From Isosphaeraceae bacterium (lineage in GTDB: Bacteria; Planctomycetota; Planctomycetia; Isosphaerales; Isosphaeraceae), in contig CBDAVP010000017.1 of NCBI GenBank assembly GCA_965201075.1, forward strand, positions 1 to 64,000: a stretch of 64,000 bases of DNA, in the 5' to 3' direction. A model generated the notes under the pieces. The model worked only from the letters and a program-made list of their open reading frames with translations, searched no databases and was not told the origin of the DNA. Below, piece by piece: positions 19,222 to 29,300 of the stretch (the first letter of the stretch is position 1; each line of letters starts with the position of its first letter). A program made the translations under genes and the position numbers.

Positions 19222-20697
19222 TCAGGCCTTCTGGGCGGGGTCCTTGCCGTCGACCCAGTCGCCTTCGAGCTTCTGGTAGTCCTTGGGGATCAGGGTCGAG
19301 CCTTCGAGGGGGTCGGCCGACCAGCCGATGATCTGGTTGGGCTTGCCTCGCTCCTTGCTGCGCTTCTCCCAGTGCTCGGCCCAGGAGGTGTCGGCCTCGG
19401 AGACCTTGCCGGTTTCCTTGTCGAAGTAGAGGGCCTTCCCCTCTCGGTAGGACTGGACGCCCATGTTGACCGTGGCGATGGCCGCGTAGCCGGTTTCGGC
19501 CGGGCAGAGGGTTTCGGGGTTGCTGGAGCGGACGCAGCCGAGGAAGTGCTCCCAGAGGGCCCGGGTGTCGCGGTCTCCGGAGGAGTCGAAGTCGGACTTG
19601 ATCAGCTCGCCGCCCTCGTCCTTCTTGGCGCTGGGCGGGGCGGGACGTCCCTCGATCTTCTGGGGCAGGACGCGGAACCCGCCTCCCTCGAACTTGATGG
19701 TGGCGGTGTGGCCGCGGATGACCTCGTCGATGCCGGTGTCGTTGCACATTGTGGCGGTGACGATGACCTGGCAGCCTTCCTCGTAGTCGGCCACCACGGT
19801 CGCGACATCAGGGACGTCCCGGCCGTCGTATTCCATGTAGAGGCCGCCGCCGCCAACCACTCGACGGGGGAAGCGGACGCCCGTGGCCTGGATGAGGTGG
19901 GTCAACTGGTGGACGAACAGGTCGGTGTACATGCCTCCGCCGAAATCCCAGTAACAGCGCCACTGGGCGAAGCGGGCTCGGTTGAAAGGTTGGTCGGGGG
20001 CGAGGCCAAATTCGGTTCCCAGGAACATCTTCCAGTCGACGGTCTTGGGGGTCATGTCCTCGCGGAGGTCGTAGTAACGCCACTGGCCCATCGAGGAGTT
20101 GCGGTAGTAGCTGGTCTGGGCCTGCATGACGTGGCCGATCTTGCCCTGGCGGATCTGCTCGTTGGCCATTCGCCAGCGGGGGTCGGCGGTGGACTGGACG
20201 CCGACGGTCATGACGACCTTGTTGCGGTTGACGGCCTCGACGACGCGGCGAGCCTCGTCGATGGTGTGGGTCATGGGCTTTTCGCAGTAGACGTGCTTAC
20301 CGGCGTCGGCCGCGTCGATGGTCATCTTGGCGTGCCAGTGGTCGGGCGTGGCGATGACGACGCCGTCAACGTCCTTGTTCTCCAGGACCTTGCGGTAGTC
20401 GGTCTCGACCTGCTTGGCGCCGGTGCGGTCGGCGGCGTTCTGGCGGTTACGGTCGTAAACGTCGGCCACGGCGATGATGTCGACGAGCTTGCCCTCCTCC
20501 TTCATCTTCAGGAGGTGGCCGATGTGAGCCTGGGCTCGGCCGCCGGGTCCGAGGATGGCGAAGTTCAGGCGGTCGTTGGCGCCCAGCACCTTGGCAATAG
20601 CCGGGTGGGGGAACACGGCGGTGGCGGCGGCGGCGCCCGCGGCGAGGCCTCCGGTTTGCAAGAAGCCGCGGCGGGAGACGTTGGGATGCTCGGACAT
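19222..20697 (-). CDS. Gfo/Idh/MocA oxidoreductase with Tat signal
   Basis: SRRGFL, GANDRLN, IATPDHWH, YCEKPM, WRCYWDFGGG..TDLFVH. Confidence 0.95.
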   Translation of the reverse strand: MSEHPNVSRRGFLQTGGLAAGAAAATAVFPHPAIAKVLGANDRLNFAILGPGGRAQAHIGHLLKMKEEGKLVDIIAVADVYDRNRQNAADRTGAKQVETDYRKVLENKDVDGVVIATPDHWHAKMTIDAADAGKHVYCEKPMTHTIDEARRVVEAVNRNKVVMTVGVQSTADPRWRMANEQIRQGKIGHVMQAQTSYYRNSSMGQWRYYDLREDMTPKTVDWKMFLGTEFGLAPDQPFNRARFAQWRCYWDFGGGMYTDLFVHQLTHLIQATGVRFPRRVVGGGGLYMEYDGRDVPDVATVVADYEEGCQVIVTATMCNDTGIDEVIRGHTATIKFEGGGFRVLPQKIEGRPAPPSAKKDEGGELIKSDFDSSGDRDTRALWEHFLGCVRSSNPETLCPAETGYAAIATVNMGVQSYREGKALYFDKETGKVSEADTSWAEHWEKRSKERGKPNQIIGWSADPLEGSTLIPKDYQKLEGDWVDGKDPAQKA

Positions 20698-21067
20698 GGG
20701 TTGCAACTCCCGGGGTGATTGGCGAATGGGGAGGGGGGCGACGGGCGACGATGTTGGGGACGGTGGTTGTATCGTGGCGTCGGCGAGGCCGGCTCGCAAC
20801 CCGGTCCCGCTGCTGGGGCCTTGGTTTCGTCGGGGAACCTGGTCGCCTTTCGCGACCTCGTCATCCGATGAGTGGGAAGTGGGCGGTTATCGGCCAGGCG
20901 GGGTGTCTGGGATTGCCTTTTTCGCGTTCCTGGGCAAAATGACCCCGCCAACGGGGATGCGACATCGTGAGCCAGTCTGGATGGGGGTGACAAACGACGC
21001 GGCAAGAGGCCGCGACGGTTGGGCCCGGGTGCGCGATTCGATTCGGCCAGCAAGGAGGCTTTCACCG

Positions 21068-22582
21068 ATGGCTCGATGGTTCGTCGATCGGTCCGCACAG
21101 CGGGGTATCCCCTCGGTTAGCCTGCGTCGTCTGTTGCCCGAGGCGCAATTCGTGGGGTGTCGGGATCTGGAAGTGACGGGCTGCTCCGCCGACAGCCGGC
21201 ACATCCACCCGGGCCAGGTTTTCGTGGCGATCCGCGACGACCATCGAGACGGTCACGACCACATTCCCGCGGCGCTTGGGCGAGGGGCCTCGGCGGTGAT
21301 CGCCGATCGGCCGTCCCCCGAGGCAGGGCCGTTGCAGGTGATCGTGTCCGACCCGAGGCTGGCTCTGGCGCACCTCAGTCATGCCCTGGCGGGTGCGCCG
21401 GGGCGTTCCCTGGAGACCTTGGGCATCGCCGGGGCGACCGGCAAGACGGCGGCGTCGCTGTTCACCCGGGCGATCCTGGAGGCGGCCGGGTGCCGGACGG
21501 GGCTGGTGGGACCGTTCTCCTGGTCCGACGGAATCGAGCAGCATGCCTGCGGAGCCACGCCCGTGGAGGCCCAGGGGCTGGCCGAGATGCTGGCCGAGAT
21601 GGTGAATCGCGGGTGCGACTCGGCGGTGATTGAGGCCGACGAGGCCGCTCTGGATCGCCGGGGGATCGCCGGGCTGGGGTTGGCCGCCGCGGCGGTCACG
21701 ACCCTGGAGGGCGGGGCGACTGGGTCGGGACTGGCGAGACGTCGGTCGCTGGCGGGTCGGCTGGCGAGGGGCGTCGTGGCGGGCGGGGCGGTCGTGGTAA
21801 ATGCCGATGATCGCGAGGCCGACCTGATCGGGGCGGTCAACCTTCAGGCCCGTCGGGTCACGTTCGGCATGCGAGCCGAGGCCGATGTTTCGGCGACGGT
21901 GGAACGGTTGGATTCGACGGGAACCCGGCTGCGACTGCGAGGGTTCGACCGCGAGGTGACCGTCGGGTTGCGTCCGGTCGGTTCCCGGGTCGTCCCCTCG
22001 GCCCTGGCCGCGGCGGCGCTGGCGTGGTCGCTGGAGTTGCCGTTGGAGGCGGTGGTGGAAGGGTTGGAATCGGTGGACGCGATCCCAGGTCGATTGGAGG
22101 GGGTGCCCGGCGCGAGGGCCCATGACCTCGACGTGTGGGTCGACCGGGCAAGAACGTCCCACGAACTGGCCGCGGCGCTGGCGGGAGCTCGCGAGCTGGC
22201 CACTGGCCGGGTCTTCTGCGTCCTCGGAGCCGAGGGGCTGAGGGATCGGGCCGGCCGGGCTTCACTGGCTCGCGCCGCCGAGTTGGGAGCCGACCACCTG
22301 ACCTTGACGACCGACAACCCCAGAACAGAAGCACCTGACCAGATTTTGGACGAACTGCTCGCGGGACTGGTGAGACCGGGTCGCGTGTTGATCGAGCTCG
22401 ACCGGCGGCTGGCGATCGAGTCAACCCTGGCGCTGACCGAGCCAGGAGATGCGCTGCTGATCGCCGGCAAGGGTCGGGCCACGTTCCAGATCTTCGCCGA
22501 CCGCGCCTTGCCGTTTGACGACCGCACCGTGGCCTCGACGACGCTGGCCCGTCTCCAGGCGGCTCATCGCCGTTCGGCCTGA
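21068..22582 (+). CDS. MurE-like Mur ligase homologue with degenerate motifs
   Basis: DSR....GQVFVA, DGHD, GATGKT P-loop, VNADD, IPGRLE, TTDNPRTE, LIAGKG, PFDDR. Confidence 0.82.
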   Translation: MARWFVDRSAQRGIPSVSLRRLLPEAQFVGCRDLEVTGCSADSRHIHPGQVFVAIRDDHRDGHDHIPAALGRGASAVIADRPSPEAGPLQVIVSDPRLALAHLSHALAGAPGRSLETLGIAGATGKTAASLFTRAILEAAGCRTGLVGPFSWSDGIEQHACGATPVEAQGLAEMLAEMVNRGCDSAVIEADEAALDRRGIAGLGLAAAAVTTLEGGATGSGLARRRSLAGRLARGVVAGGAVVVNADDREADLIGAVNLQARRVTFGMRAEADVSATVERLDSTGTRLRLRGFDREVTVGLRPVGSRVVPSALAAAALAWSLELPLEAVVEGLESVDAIPGRLEGVPGARAHDLDVWVDRARTSHELAAALAGARELATGRVFCVLGAEGLRDRAGRASLARAAELGADHLTLTTDNPRTEAPDQILDELLAGLVRPGRVLIELDRRLAIESTLALTEPGDALLIAGKGRATFQIFADRALPFDDRTVASTTLARLQAAHRRSA

Positions 22583-22668
22583 ACAACAAGCCCTTGGCTT
22601 TCGGGAAGTCGTGACGCCATCGCGGCCGGAGCTGACCGCGAGGCGTTCTCGATGGTGGCAGGCCAAAG

Positions 22669-22700
22669 AAAAAGCCCGGCTCCCCCCGAGGGAGCCGGGC
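22669..22700 (-). terminator. Rho-independent terminator
   Basis: 11-bp stem GCCCGGCTCCC/GGGAGCCGGGC followed on the minus strand by TTTTTCTTT. Confidence 0.8.
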
Positions 22701-22840
22701 ACTGCCAGGGAGAACGACGCTTGCTCGTGACTTGGCGGCTCGACCCGTCTGGCTCGGGTCGGGCGTCTTGTTTTGCTTCCAACAGGTCTTGCTGTTGGCG
22801 ACGGTTGAGCGAAAAGCAGGCTTTGTGCCACTCGTGGGAT
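22669..22840 (-). ncRNA. Candidate small RNA (about 170 nt) with recurring CAAG motifs
   Basis: Promoter-like elements upstream, internal hairpins, strong terminator, no convincing ORF. Confidence 0.5.
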
Positions 22841-22847
22841 TCTACCG

Positions 22848-22876
22848 ATTATCGAGGTTGGGGAATTTACGTAAAT
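22848..22876 (-). promoter_or_regulatory. Sigma70-like promoter TTTACG-N16-GATAAT overlapped by the perfect palindrome ATTTACGTAAAT
   Basis: Read from the minus strand; palindrome at 22865-22876. Confidence 0.45.
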
Positions 22877-23036
22877 CCTTTTCCGATATCCGTTTAAAAT
22901 TTTAGAATCCTACGGTCGCATTCGTCAGCTTGACGAAGTAGGCCACTCTTAATGCCCGATCTTCTGGCACCCGTGCCAAAGAGGATCGCTCGTCGTTGGA
23001 TGGTCTTGGGTTGGAGCTTCGCGCGATGAACGGGGA

Positions 23037-24107
23037 TTAGTCGTTGGCATGGGGCTGGTGCGGTCCGATGTGAATGCGGGCGGGGGCTTTGGGCGGTTCG
23101 AGAAGGTCGATCTGGCGGTTGAGGAATGCCTGAATCGTGGCGATGTTGGTTCGGAGGTGATCGGTTACCTGAGACACGGTGTAGGTGCTGGGGCCGGGGG
23201 CCAGGGCCAGGGGCAAGAGGATCTGGTCGGCGGAGTGGGGGTCGATCAGGCCGTCGGTGGTGAGGTAGGCCAGGAGGGCGTCGATGGCCTCGTCGGCGAC
23301 GGCTTCGGCGGGGCGTCCTCGTTTTCCGAGGCCGGTGAAGGTGGCGGGGGTTCCTTGGTGGTCGGTGGTCAGGACGAGGGCGGCGCCGGGGCTGGGTGCG
23401 TTCCATTCGACCGTTTGGATTTCGGTGAGCGGGGCGAGGCCGTGGTCGGCCAGGCGGTCGCGGGCTCGGCGGGCCATCCGGTCGGCGATGGCGATGGGGA
23501 GGCCGGCGACTCCGCTGATTCCGTGAATTCGAGTGAGCTCGCCTCGGTGGGGGAAGTGGCGGGCTCGGAGGGTGGCCGGTTCAATGAGCGCTTCGAGGTG
23601 GCCGCCTCCCCGGGGGTAGAAACCGGCATTGTGGCTTTTGAGGGTGATCGGGATGCCGAGGGTGGCCATCAACGGTCGCCAGGTCTGGTCGAGGAAGGGG
23701 AAGGAGGGGGCGGATTCGTTGAAGGTGCCTCCGTGGATCGTCAGGCGGATGGGCTCGTTGGCTTTCAGGGCGATGGGGAGGGCCAGTGTGTGGAGAATGA
23801 GAGCCGTGGAGCCGGCGGTGCCGATGGAGAGGGTCAGGTCTCGGGGGGTGCAGGGAGCGGGGTGGAAGGTGAGTTCCCGGGAGCCGACAGCGGCTCCCTC
23901 GGCCAGGCCTCGGCAGAGAGTGACAGCGGCTTCGACGGCCTTGAGGTGCTGGGGACGCAGGCCGGGCGGGTCTCGGCGGGCCCGGATGTTGGTGAAGCGG
24001 ACCGGACGGCCGGTGAGCAGGGCGAGGCTCAGGGAGGTTCGGAGGATCTGGCCTCCGCCTTCTCCGTTGGCTCCGTCGATGGTCAGAAGGTCGTTGTGGG
24101 TGCTCAT
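23037..24107 (-). CDS. rtcA: RNA 3'-terminal phosphate cyclase
   Basis: IDGA.GEGGGQILRT, PGLRPQHL, GTAGS, GFYPRGGG, DPHSADQ (catalytic His), TDHLRTN. Confidence 0.96.
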   Translation of the reverse strand: MSTHNDLLTIDGANGEGGGQILRTSLSLALLTGRPVRFTNIRARRDPPGLRPQHLKAVEAAVTLCRGLAEGAAVGSRELTFHPAPCTPRDLTLSIGTAGSTALILHTLALPIALKANEPIRLTIHGGTFNESAPSFPFLDQTWRPLMATLGIPITLKSHNAGFYPRGGGHLEALIEPATLRARHFPHRGELTRIHGISGVAGLPIAIADRMARRARDRLADHGLAPLTEIQTVEWNAPSPGAALVLTTDHQGTPATFTGLGKRGRPAEAVADEAIDALLAYLTTDGLIDPHSADQILLPLALAPGPSTYTVSQVTDHLRTNIATIQAFLNRQIDLLEPPKAPARIHIGPHQPHAND

Positions 24108-24146
24108 GGTGGTGGCTGGACACGGCCAGAATGGTTGAGGTTCAAA

Positions 24147-25079
24147 TCAGGGGCGGGCGGGACCCTTGGCGGCGGCTTCGAGGGCTTCGAGGAGCGGGGC
24201 GGGGGCGTTGGCGGTGGCGGGGTCGGTGGGGGTGGCCCAGATGAGGACGACCTTTTGGAGGATACGGTCGCTGTTGGGCTCGGCTTCGGTGAGGAGGAAG
24301 TCGCCGATGCTGCCGCGGCGGTCGGTGCGGGCGCCGAGGATCGCGACCTGGTTGGCCTGGAGGGAGGGGGTGGCGGCGAGGTCGATGAAGGTTTCTTCCT
24401 GCTTGCCGTTCTTGATGATGAATTGCTGGGAGTCGAAGGGGCCGGCGGTCGGAGCGCCCTCGTAGCGGCTGGTCATGGGACCGTGGTCGATCTGGGGGAC
24501 CAGGCGGAGGCGGACCTGATTCCCCTCGGTGGCGGTGGGAGTGACGCGGAAGGCGCCTCGGGGGTCTTCGTAGTCCTTGCCGGTGGTCTTGCCGGCGAGA
24601 TTGAGCAGGAGGCTCGATGGTCCGCTGGTGGCGGCTCGCAGTTCGACCAGGGAGCTTTCGCCGTCGGGCAGGAGGATGGTCTTGGGATCGACCTTGTGGG
24701 GCGGCGGGGCGTCGAGGACGGCTCGGGCGGCGGGCGGGAGGTCTCCGGTCAGGACGCCCAGACGAAGGCCGTTGGCTTCCAGGGCGTGGCGGGTCTCGGC
24801 GGGGAGGACCTGCTCGTCGACGGAGCCCCACAGCTGGTCATTGAGGGCTGGGTCGCCCAGGGGCCGGGCGAGGATGGCGAGCCTGAGGGTGCAGCGGCGG
24901 GGGGCGATGAGTTCGGCGAGTGGGCCGTTGGCCGATGTGGGAGTGAGGGGTGGATTGGGGGTTGAGCCGTCGGACTCCTTGGCGTTCCGGGACTGAGCGA
25001 GGGAGCAGCCGATCAGGCTGGCCAGGGCAATCGCCAACGTCAGGGTCGAGGCGAGGCGGGTCTTCGGGGCCGGACTCAT
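24147..25079 (-). CDS. Hypothetical lipoprotein
   Basis: AGGAG RBS; signal peptide with LIGC lipobox; LW..VDEQ...LEANGLRLG. Confidence 0.75.
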   Translation of the reverse strand: MSPAPKTRLASTLTLAIALASLIGCSLAQSRNAKESDGSTPNPPLTPTSANGPLAELIAPRRCTLRLAILARPLGDPALNDQLWGSVDEQVLPAETRHALEANGLRLGVLTGDLPPAARAVLDAPPPHKVDPKTILLPDGESSLVELRAATSGPSSLLLNLAGKTTGKDYEDPRGAFRVTPTATEGNQVRLRLVPQIDHGPMTSRYEGAPTAGPFDSQQFIIKNGKQEETFIDLAATPSLQANQVAILGARTDRRGSIGDFLLTEAEPNSDRILQKVVLIWATPTDPATANAPAPLLEALEAAAKGPARP

Positions 25080-25212
25080 GGGCGGGCTCCTTTTGCCTCG
25101 GGAAAGGGCCCGCGTCGGGGCCGAAATTGGCGATTGGACGGACGGTTCGGCCTGACGTGCGAGAGGGGAGAGAAACGGGGTCGCGGGATGCGGAAACCGA
25201 GGCTGTCGCGGT

Positions 25213-27309
25213 TCAGGAGATGCGGATGTGCGGCTTGGGGAGGTGTCGGCCGTTGGCGTTGAGGGCCGGGGCGCTGGTGCTGGTGAAGTGACGGCGGGCT
25301 CGGGCCAGGGCCATCAGGGGAAAGTAGTGTCGGTAGAGGTTGTAGTTGATCATGAACCCCCGGCGCAGCTCGGTGTGCTGGTCGAGGGCGTCGGCGGCGT
25401 GGTCGAGGTCGATCCGTTGGCCGACGCCGTAGCCTGGGAAGCCGGTGCCGGTGTATTCGGGTTCGTCCCAGGTTCCACCGTTCTGGCGACGGAGGAGGAA
25501 GGCGACGCCTCGGGCGATGGAGTCGTCGAGGTCGTGGGTGTCGACGGCCAACAACGCCATCAGGGCCCAGCCGGTTTGCGAGGCGGTGCTGGGGCCGACG
25601 CCTCTCCAGGAGTCATCCATGTAGGAGGCGCAGGATTCTCCCCAGCCGCCGTCGGCGTTCTGGTGGTCGACGATCCACGCGGCGGCCTTGCGGACCCAGG
25701 GGGCGTTGGTGTCGACGCCAGCGACTCTCAGGGCGGGCAGGACGGCGGCGGTTCCGTAGATGTGGTTGACGCCCCAGCGGCCGAACCAACTGCCGTCGTC
25801 TTCCTGCTCGGCGCGCAGGTAGCGGATGGCGTGGGCCATCGCCGGTTCATCGGGGCCGACACCCTGGGCGGCGAGGGCCTCGACGGCGTGGGCGGTGACG
25901 TCGGCGCTGGGGGGGTCGAGGAGTTCGCCGAAGTCGCTGAAGGGGATCTTCGTCAGCCAGTAGTGGGTGTTGTCGCGGTCGTAGGCGGCCCAGCCGCCGT
26001 TGGCCGACTGCATTCCCAGCATCCAGCGGGTGCCCCGGTCGATTGCGTCGTCGACCCGGGTGGGGTCGTCGAGCTGGGACCTCAGCCGGCGGAGGACCAG
26101 GAGAACGACGGCGGTGTCGTCGAGGTCGGGGTAGTGGCGATTGGCTCTTTGGAAGGCCCAGCCACCTCCGGGGAGGTCCCGGGCGTGGACCTGCCAGTCT
26201 CCGGGGGCGGTGACCTGCTGGTCGAGGATCCAGTCGAGGGCTCGGGCGAGTTCGGGACGGTCGTCGACGCGGGCTCCGCAGTCGAGCAGGGCGAGCATCG
26301 AGAGGGCGGTGTCCCAGACGGGGGACTCGCTGGCCTGGAGGTAGGTGGCGCCGTCGCGTCGGTAGGACCAATGGGCGTCGAAGGCGCCCAGGCCGGCGCG
26401 CATGACCGAGTGTTCCAGGGGGTAGCCCTCGGTGTGGAGGGCCATGAGGGAGTAGATCCAGGGGGGCTGGATGCCGCTCCAGGCTCCGTCGGCTTCCTGG
26501 TGCTTGATGATCCATTCCAGGCAGAGGCGGATGGCGCCTTCGCGGCCGGGCTGGATGGGGGAGCCGACATAGGCCCTCAGGACGCGGTCCATCGCGTAGA
26601 ACGGGCCTTCCCAGGAGAACCAGGAGTGACGACGGGGGATCGAGTAGTCGTGGTTTTCGCGGCCCCTGGGAAAGAGTTCGTCGAGTCGGCGGCCTTCGGG
26701 CAAGGGTCGGACGGTGCGACGGGCCGAGAGGACACACAGTGGAATGATGGTGCCTCGGGCCCAGGAGGCGAACTGGTAGATGTTGAAGGGGGCCCAGGCG
26801 GGCAGGTAGATGAGCTCCGGTGGAAGCGTGGGGGTGGCTTCCCAGGGCCATTCGCCGATCAGGGCGAGCCAGTACTTGGTGAAGTTGCGGAGGTGGCCAA
26901 GTCCGCCGTGGCCGAGAATCCAGGCCCGGGCGTGGCGCAGGGTAGGGCCGTTGGGGTCTTCCCCGGCGGCTCGGAGAGCGGCGTAACATTCCACGGTGGT
27001 GTTGATGTCGCCGCCACTGGCGCCGTGGTAGACCTCCCAGGCGCCGTCGGGTCGCTGGCGGTCGAGGATGGCGCGGACGACTCCAGGGAGTTTGGGGTCG
27101 TCGCGAACGCCCATGACGTGCATGGCGAGGACCCACTCGGCCTCCATGCAGGAGTTGGACTCGAGGGCTCCGACCCAGAAGCCCTGGCGATCCTGGCAAT
27201 CGGCCTGCCAGGCCAACGCCTCGGCGATCCCCCGTTCGATCGGCTCGGCGACGTGGCCCTGGGGGCGATTCGCCAGGGCGCGAGCGGGGAGGTGGGCGAT
27301 GATCGTCAT
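25213..27309 (-). CDS. shc: Squalene-hopene cyclase
   Basis: DXDD motif YPDLDDTAVV, SPVWDT, QW repeats (QRPDGAW, QEADGAW, QEDDGSWFGRWG, QNADGGWGES), TGTGFP, LYRHYFPLMAL. Confidence 0.97.
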   Translation of the reverse strand: MTIIAHLPARALANRPQGHVAEPIERGIAEALAWQADCQDRQGFWVGALESNSCMEAEWVLAMHVMGVRDDPKLPGVVRAILDRQRPDGAWEVYHGASGGDINTTVECYAALRAAGEDPNGPTLRHARAWILGHGGLGHLRNFTKYWLALIGEWPWEATPTLPPELIYLPAWAPFNIYQFASWARGTIIPLCVLSARRTVRPLPEGRRLDELFPRGRENHDYSIPRRHSWFSWEGPFYAMDRVLRAYVGSPIQPGREGAIRLCLEWIIKHQEADGAWSGIQPPWIYSLMALHTEGYPLEHSVMRAGLGAFDAHWSYRRDGATYLQASESPVWDTALSMLALLDCGARVDDRPELARALDWILDQQVTAPGDWQVHARDLPGGGWAFQRANRHYPDLDDTAVVLLVLRRLRSQLDDPTRVDDAIDRGTRWMLGMQSANGGWAAYDRDNTHYWLTKIPFSDFGELLDPPSADVTAHAVEALAAQGVGPDEPAMAHAIRYLRAEQEDDGSWFGRWGVNHIYGTAAVLPALRVAGVDTNAPWVRKAAAWIVDHQNADGGWGESCASYMDDSWRGVGPSTASQTGWALMALLAVDTHDLDDSIARGVAFLLRRQNGGTWDEPEYTGTGFPGYGVGQRIDLDHAADALDQHTELRRGFMINYNLYRHYFPLMALARARRHFTSTSAPALNANGRHLPKPHIRIS

Positions 27310-27564
27310 CCTTGACGGCTCCGCGGGAATCCTTTCCCGGTCGGCACGGTCCGCGCGGCGACTCCACGCGACGGAAACGGCCGGCCCGCAACTTATCGGG
27401 GTCGGCGATGGCGTCAAGCCCAAGTCGGCGGATCATCGCGAAGTCTGGCGGCCGATCCATTCGGCGGCGCCCCGATTGCAAGGTGATCCAAACGGGCCGC
27501 GAGGGCCCCGGGTGTACCTGCCAGACGCCCGTCCGAATTGTTCCTTTTCCAGGGAGATGACGCC

Positions 27565-27774
27565 ATGGCCGACCAGAACAAGCACGCCTCGACCCAGCAT
27601 CACCACGACGCCGCCGCCAAGCACCAGGCCGCGGCCCATCACCACCTGCAAGCGGCCCACAGCCACGAGCAAGGCAAGCACGACGAGGCCAAGGCCCACG
27701 CCACCACTGCCCACAAGCACAGCGAGACCGGGCACAAGCATTCGACCGAAGCGCACACCCACTCTCAGAAGTAA
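27565..27774 (+). CDS. Small His-rich helical protein, possible metal-binding
   Basis: GGAG RBS; 69 aa with many His in Hx6H spacing. Confidence 0.75.
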   Translation: MADQNKHASTQHHHDAAAKHQAAAHHHLQAAHSHEQGKHDEAKAHATTAHKHSETGHKHSTEAHTHSQK

Positions 27775-27842
27775 ATCCACCCTCGTCCTATGGGCGGTCG
27801 CCTTCCCCCCGCGACCGCCTGGGGCCTCGTAGGGTCCTGGGG

Positions 27843-29273
27843 TCAACGACGTAAGGTGATGCGGTACTTGGCGATGGCTCTCGCCGGTAATCCAGGCGGC
27901 GCGGGCAAGGTAGCGGTTTCGCCGTCGAGTTGATATTCGAACGGGTTTCCCGAGAGCGGGCCGAGGGGGATCGGGACGGTATGGATTTCAGCGAGTGTTT
28001 TGGGCAGGTGGCCGACCTGGTCCGCATGGATGCGGAGGGCCTCAATCACGCGGAGTGCGGCAATTCGACGGTCGAGCAAGGTTTCGTTGAGGAAACCTCT
28101 GCGGACCACCGGCTCTTGGAGGATGGCGTACAGCGTACGCAAGGGGCCGCGCATCGCTTCGACACGTTGGCGGTCCGCCTCGTCGTAGAATGGGCCGGCT
28201 TCGGGGAAGGGTAGCGCGGCGGCTTTCGTCTCGGCATCCCGGTAAACCTCTTCAAGGTGGGCGAGGTAGCGAACGATGGCTTCCGCATCGGAGTTCCTCT
28301 CCTCGGGCAAAACCTCGGTGGGGAAGTGGGCATAATCGGGAAGTGGCGCGACGGGCTCGGTCTTGAGGCTGTTGATTCCTCCGGATCGTTCCAGATTCCT
28401 TGCATCCGCCTCGAACTGAACCAACCGAGCATATAATCGGGCAAGTCGGGCGGACCACTCCAGGGGGCTTCGCGGCTGGTCCAGGTCATTGAGTTCGGGG
28501 ATCATCCACCGGCCGAAGGCTAACTCGCGTTCGGCGGCGTCGCGGAAAGCGATGAGGGGGCGAGGGAGCGTCGTCAAGGCCCAGTAGAGGTTGGGGGCGC
28601 CGGGCTGGCTGATTAAAGTCTCTAGCTCATTGAGCAGGATGTGGGCATTGTTGGCCCCAACGTTGGCGTTCACGAGGAACGGCCCTTCGCCGACGTGCCT
28701 CGCGAACGCGAGCCCCGTTTCGAGAGTGGGGATGGCGACCTCGAAGCGATGGTCCAGGGCTTCGACTCGCACCTTGACCGCGAGCAAGCGGATCCAACGT
28801 CGAAAGTACTGGAGGTCTGGGAGGAGGATCGTGAAAACTCGGTCCCGCTGCTCGGGGATCGTGTAGTTCCAACGGCAGGTCTGGCGGCGTGAGCCGAATT
28901 CGACCTGGCGTAAGTGCTTTTCCCACATCGCAACATACTTTCGCGCATCGTCAACTGGAAACTTGGCCAGTGGCAGGTCCAGCCATTGGTTGGTCTTCGC
29001 GTCGATGTCGTCGAGGGCTGTGTCTCGGTACTAGGCGTCCAACCTGAGGTAGATGGGAGCGGCGTCGCCGGGGGTTCGCTCGGATTCCAGAGGTAGGAGG
29101 CGATGGAGGGACGCGGTCGAGGGGATGCCTTTCGGGTCGACCAGAAGGTCCTGGGTCCTGGCCGGATCGGGCGGTTTGGGGGGCTCGTTGGCGGGGAACG
29201 CGGGGCCAGGCATTGTCGCGATGGAGAGGATCAAGGCAAGTCCGCGGAGAAGTTTGAGGCGTTTCATGGGCAT
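27843..29273 (-). pseudogene. Secreted protein of the ECF operon, split by an in-frame TAG at 29033-29031
   Basis: Signal peptide ORF 29273-29031 and ORF 28928-27843 are in the same frame; the bridge reads LDA*YRDTALDDIDAKTNQWLDLPL...; motifs GDAAPIY, PNLYWALT.LP, ALRVIEALR. Confidence 0.78.
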
Positions 29274-29300
29274 TCCCGTGACGAGAAGTGCGCTCTCGAT

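Noticed and set aside
20555..21067. N-terminal 171-aa extension of the MurE-like ORF
   Set aside because: Overlaps the divergent oxidoreductase start and is non-protein-like; the ATG at 21068 has an AGGAGG RBS
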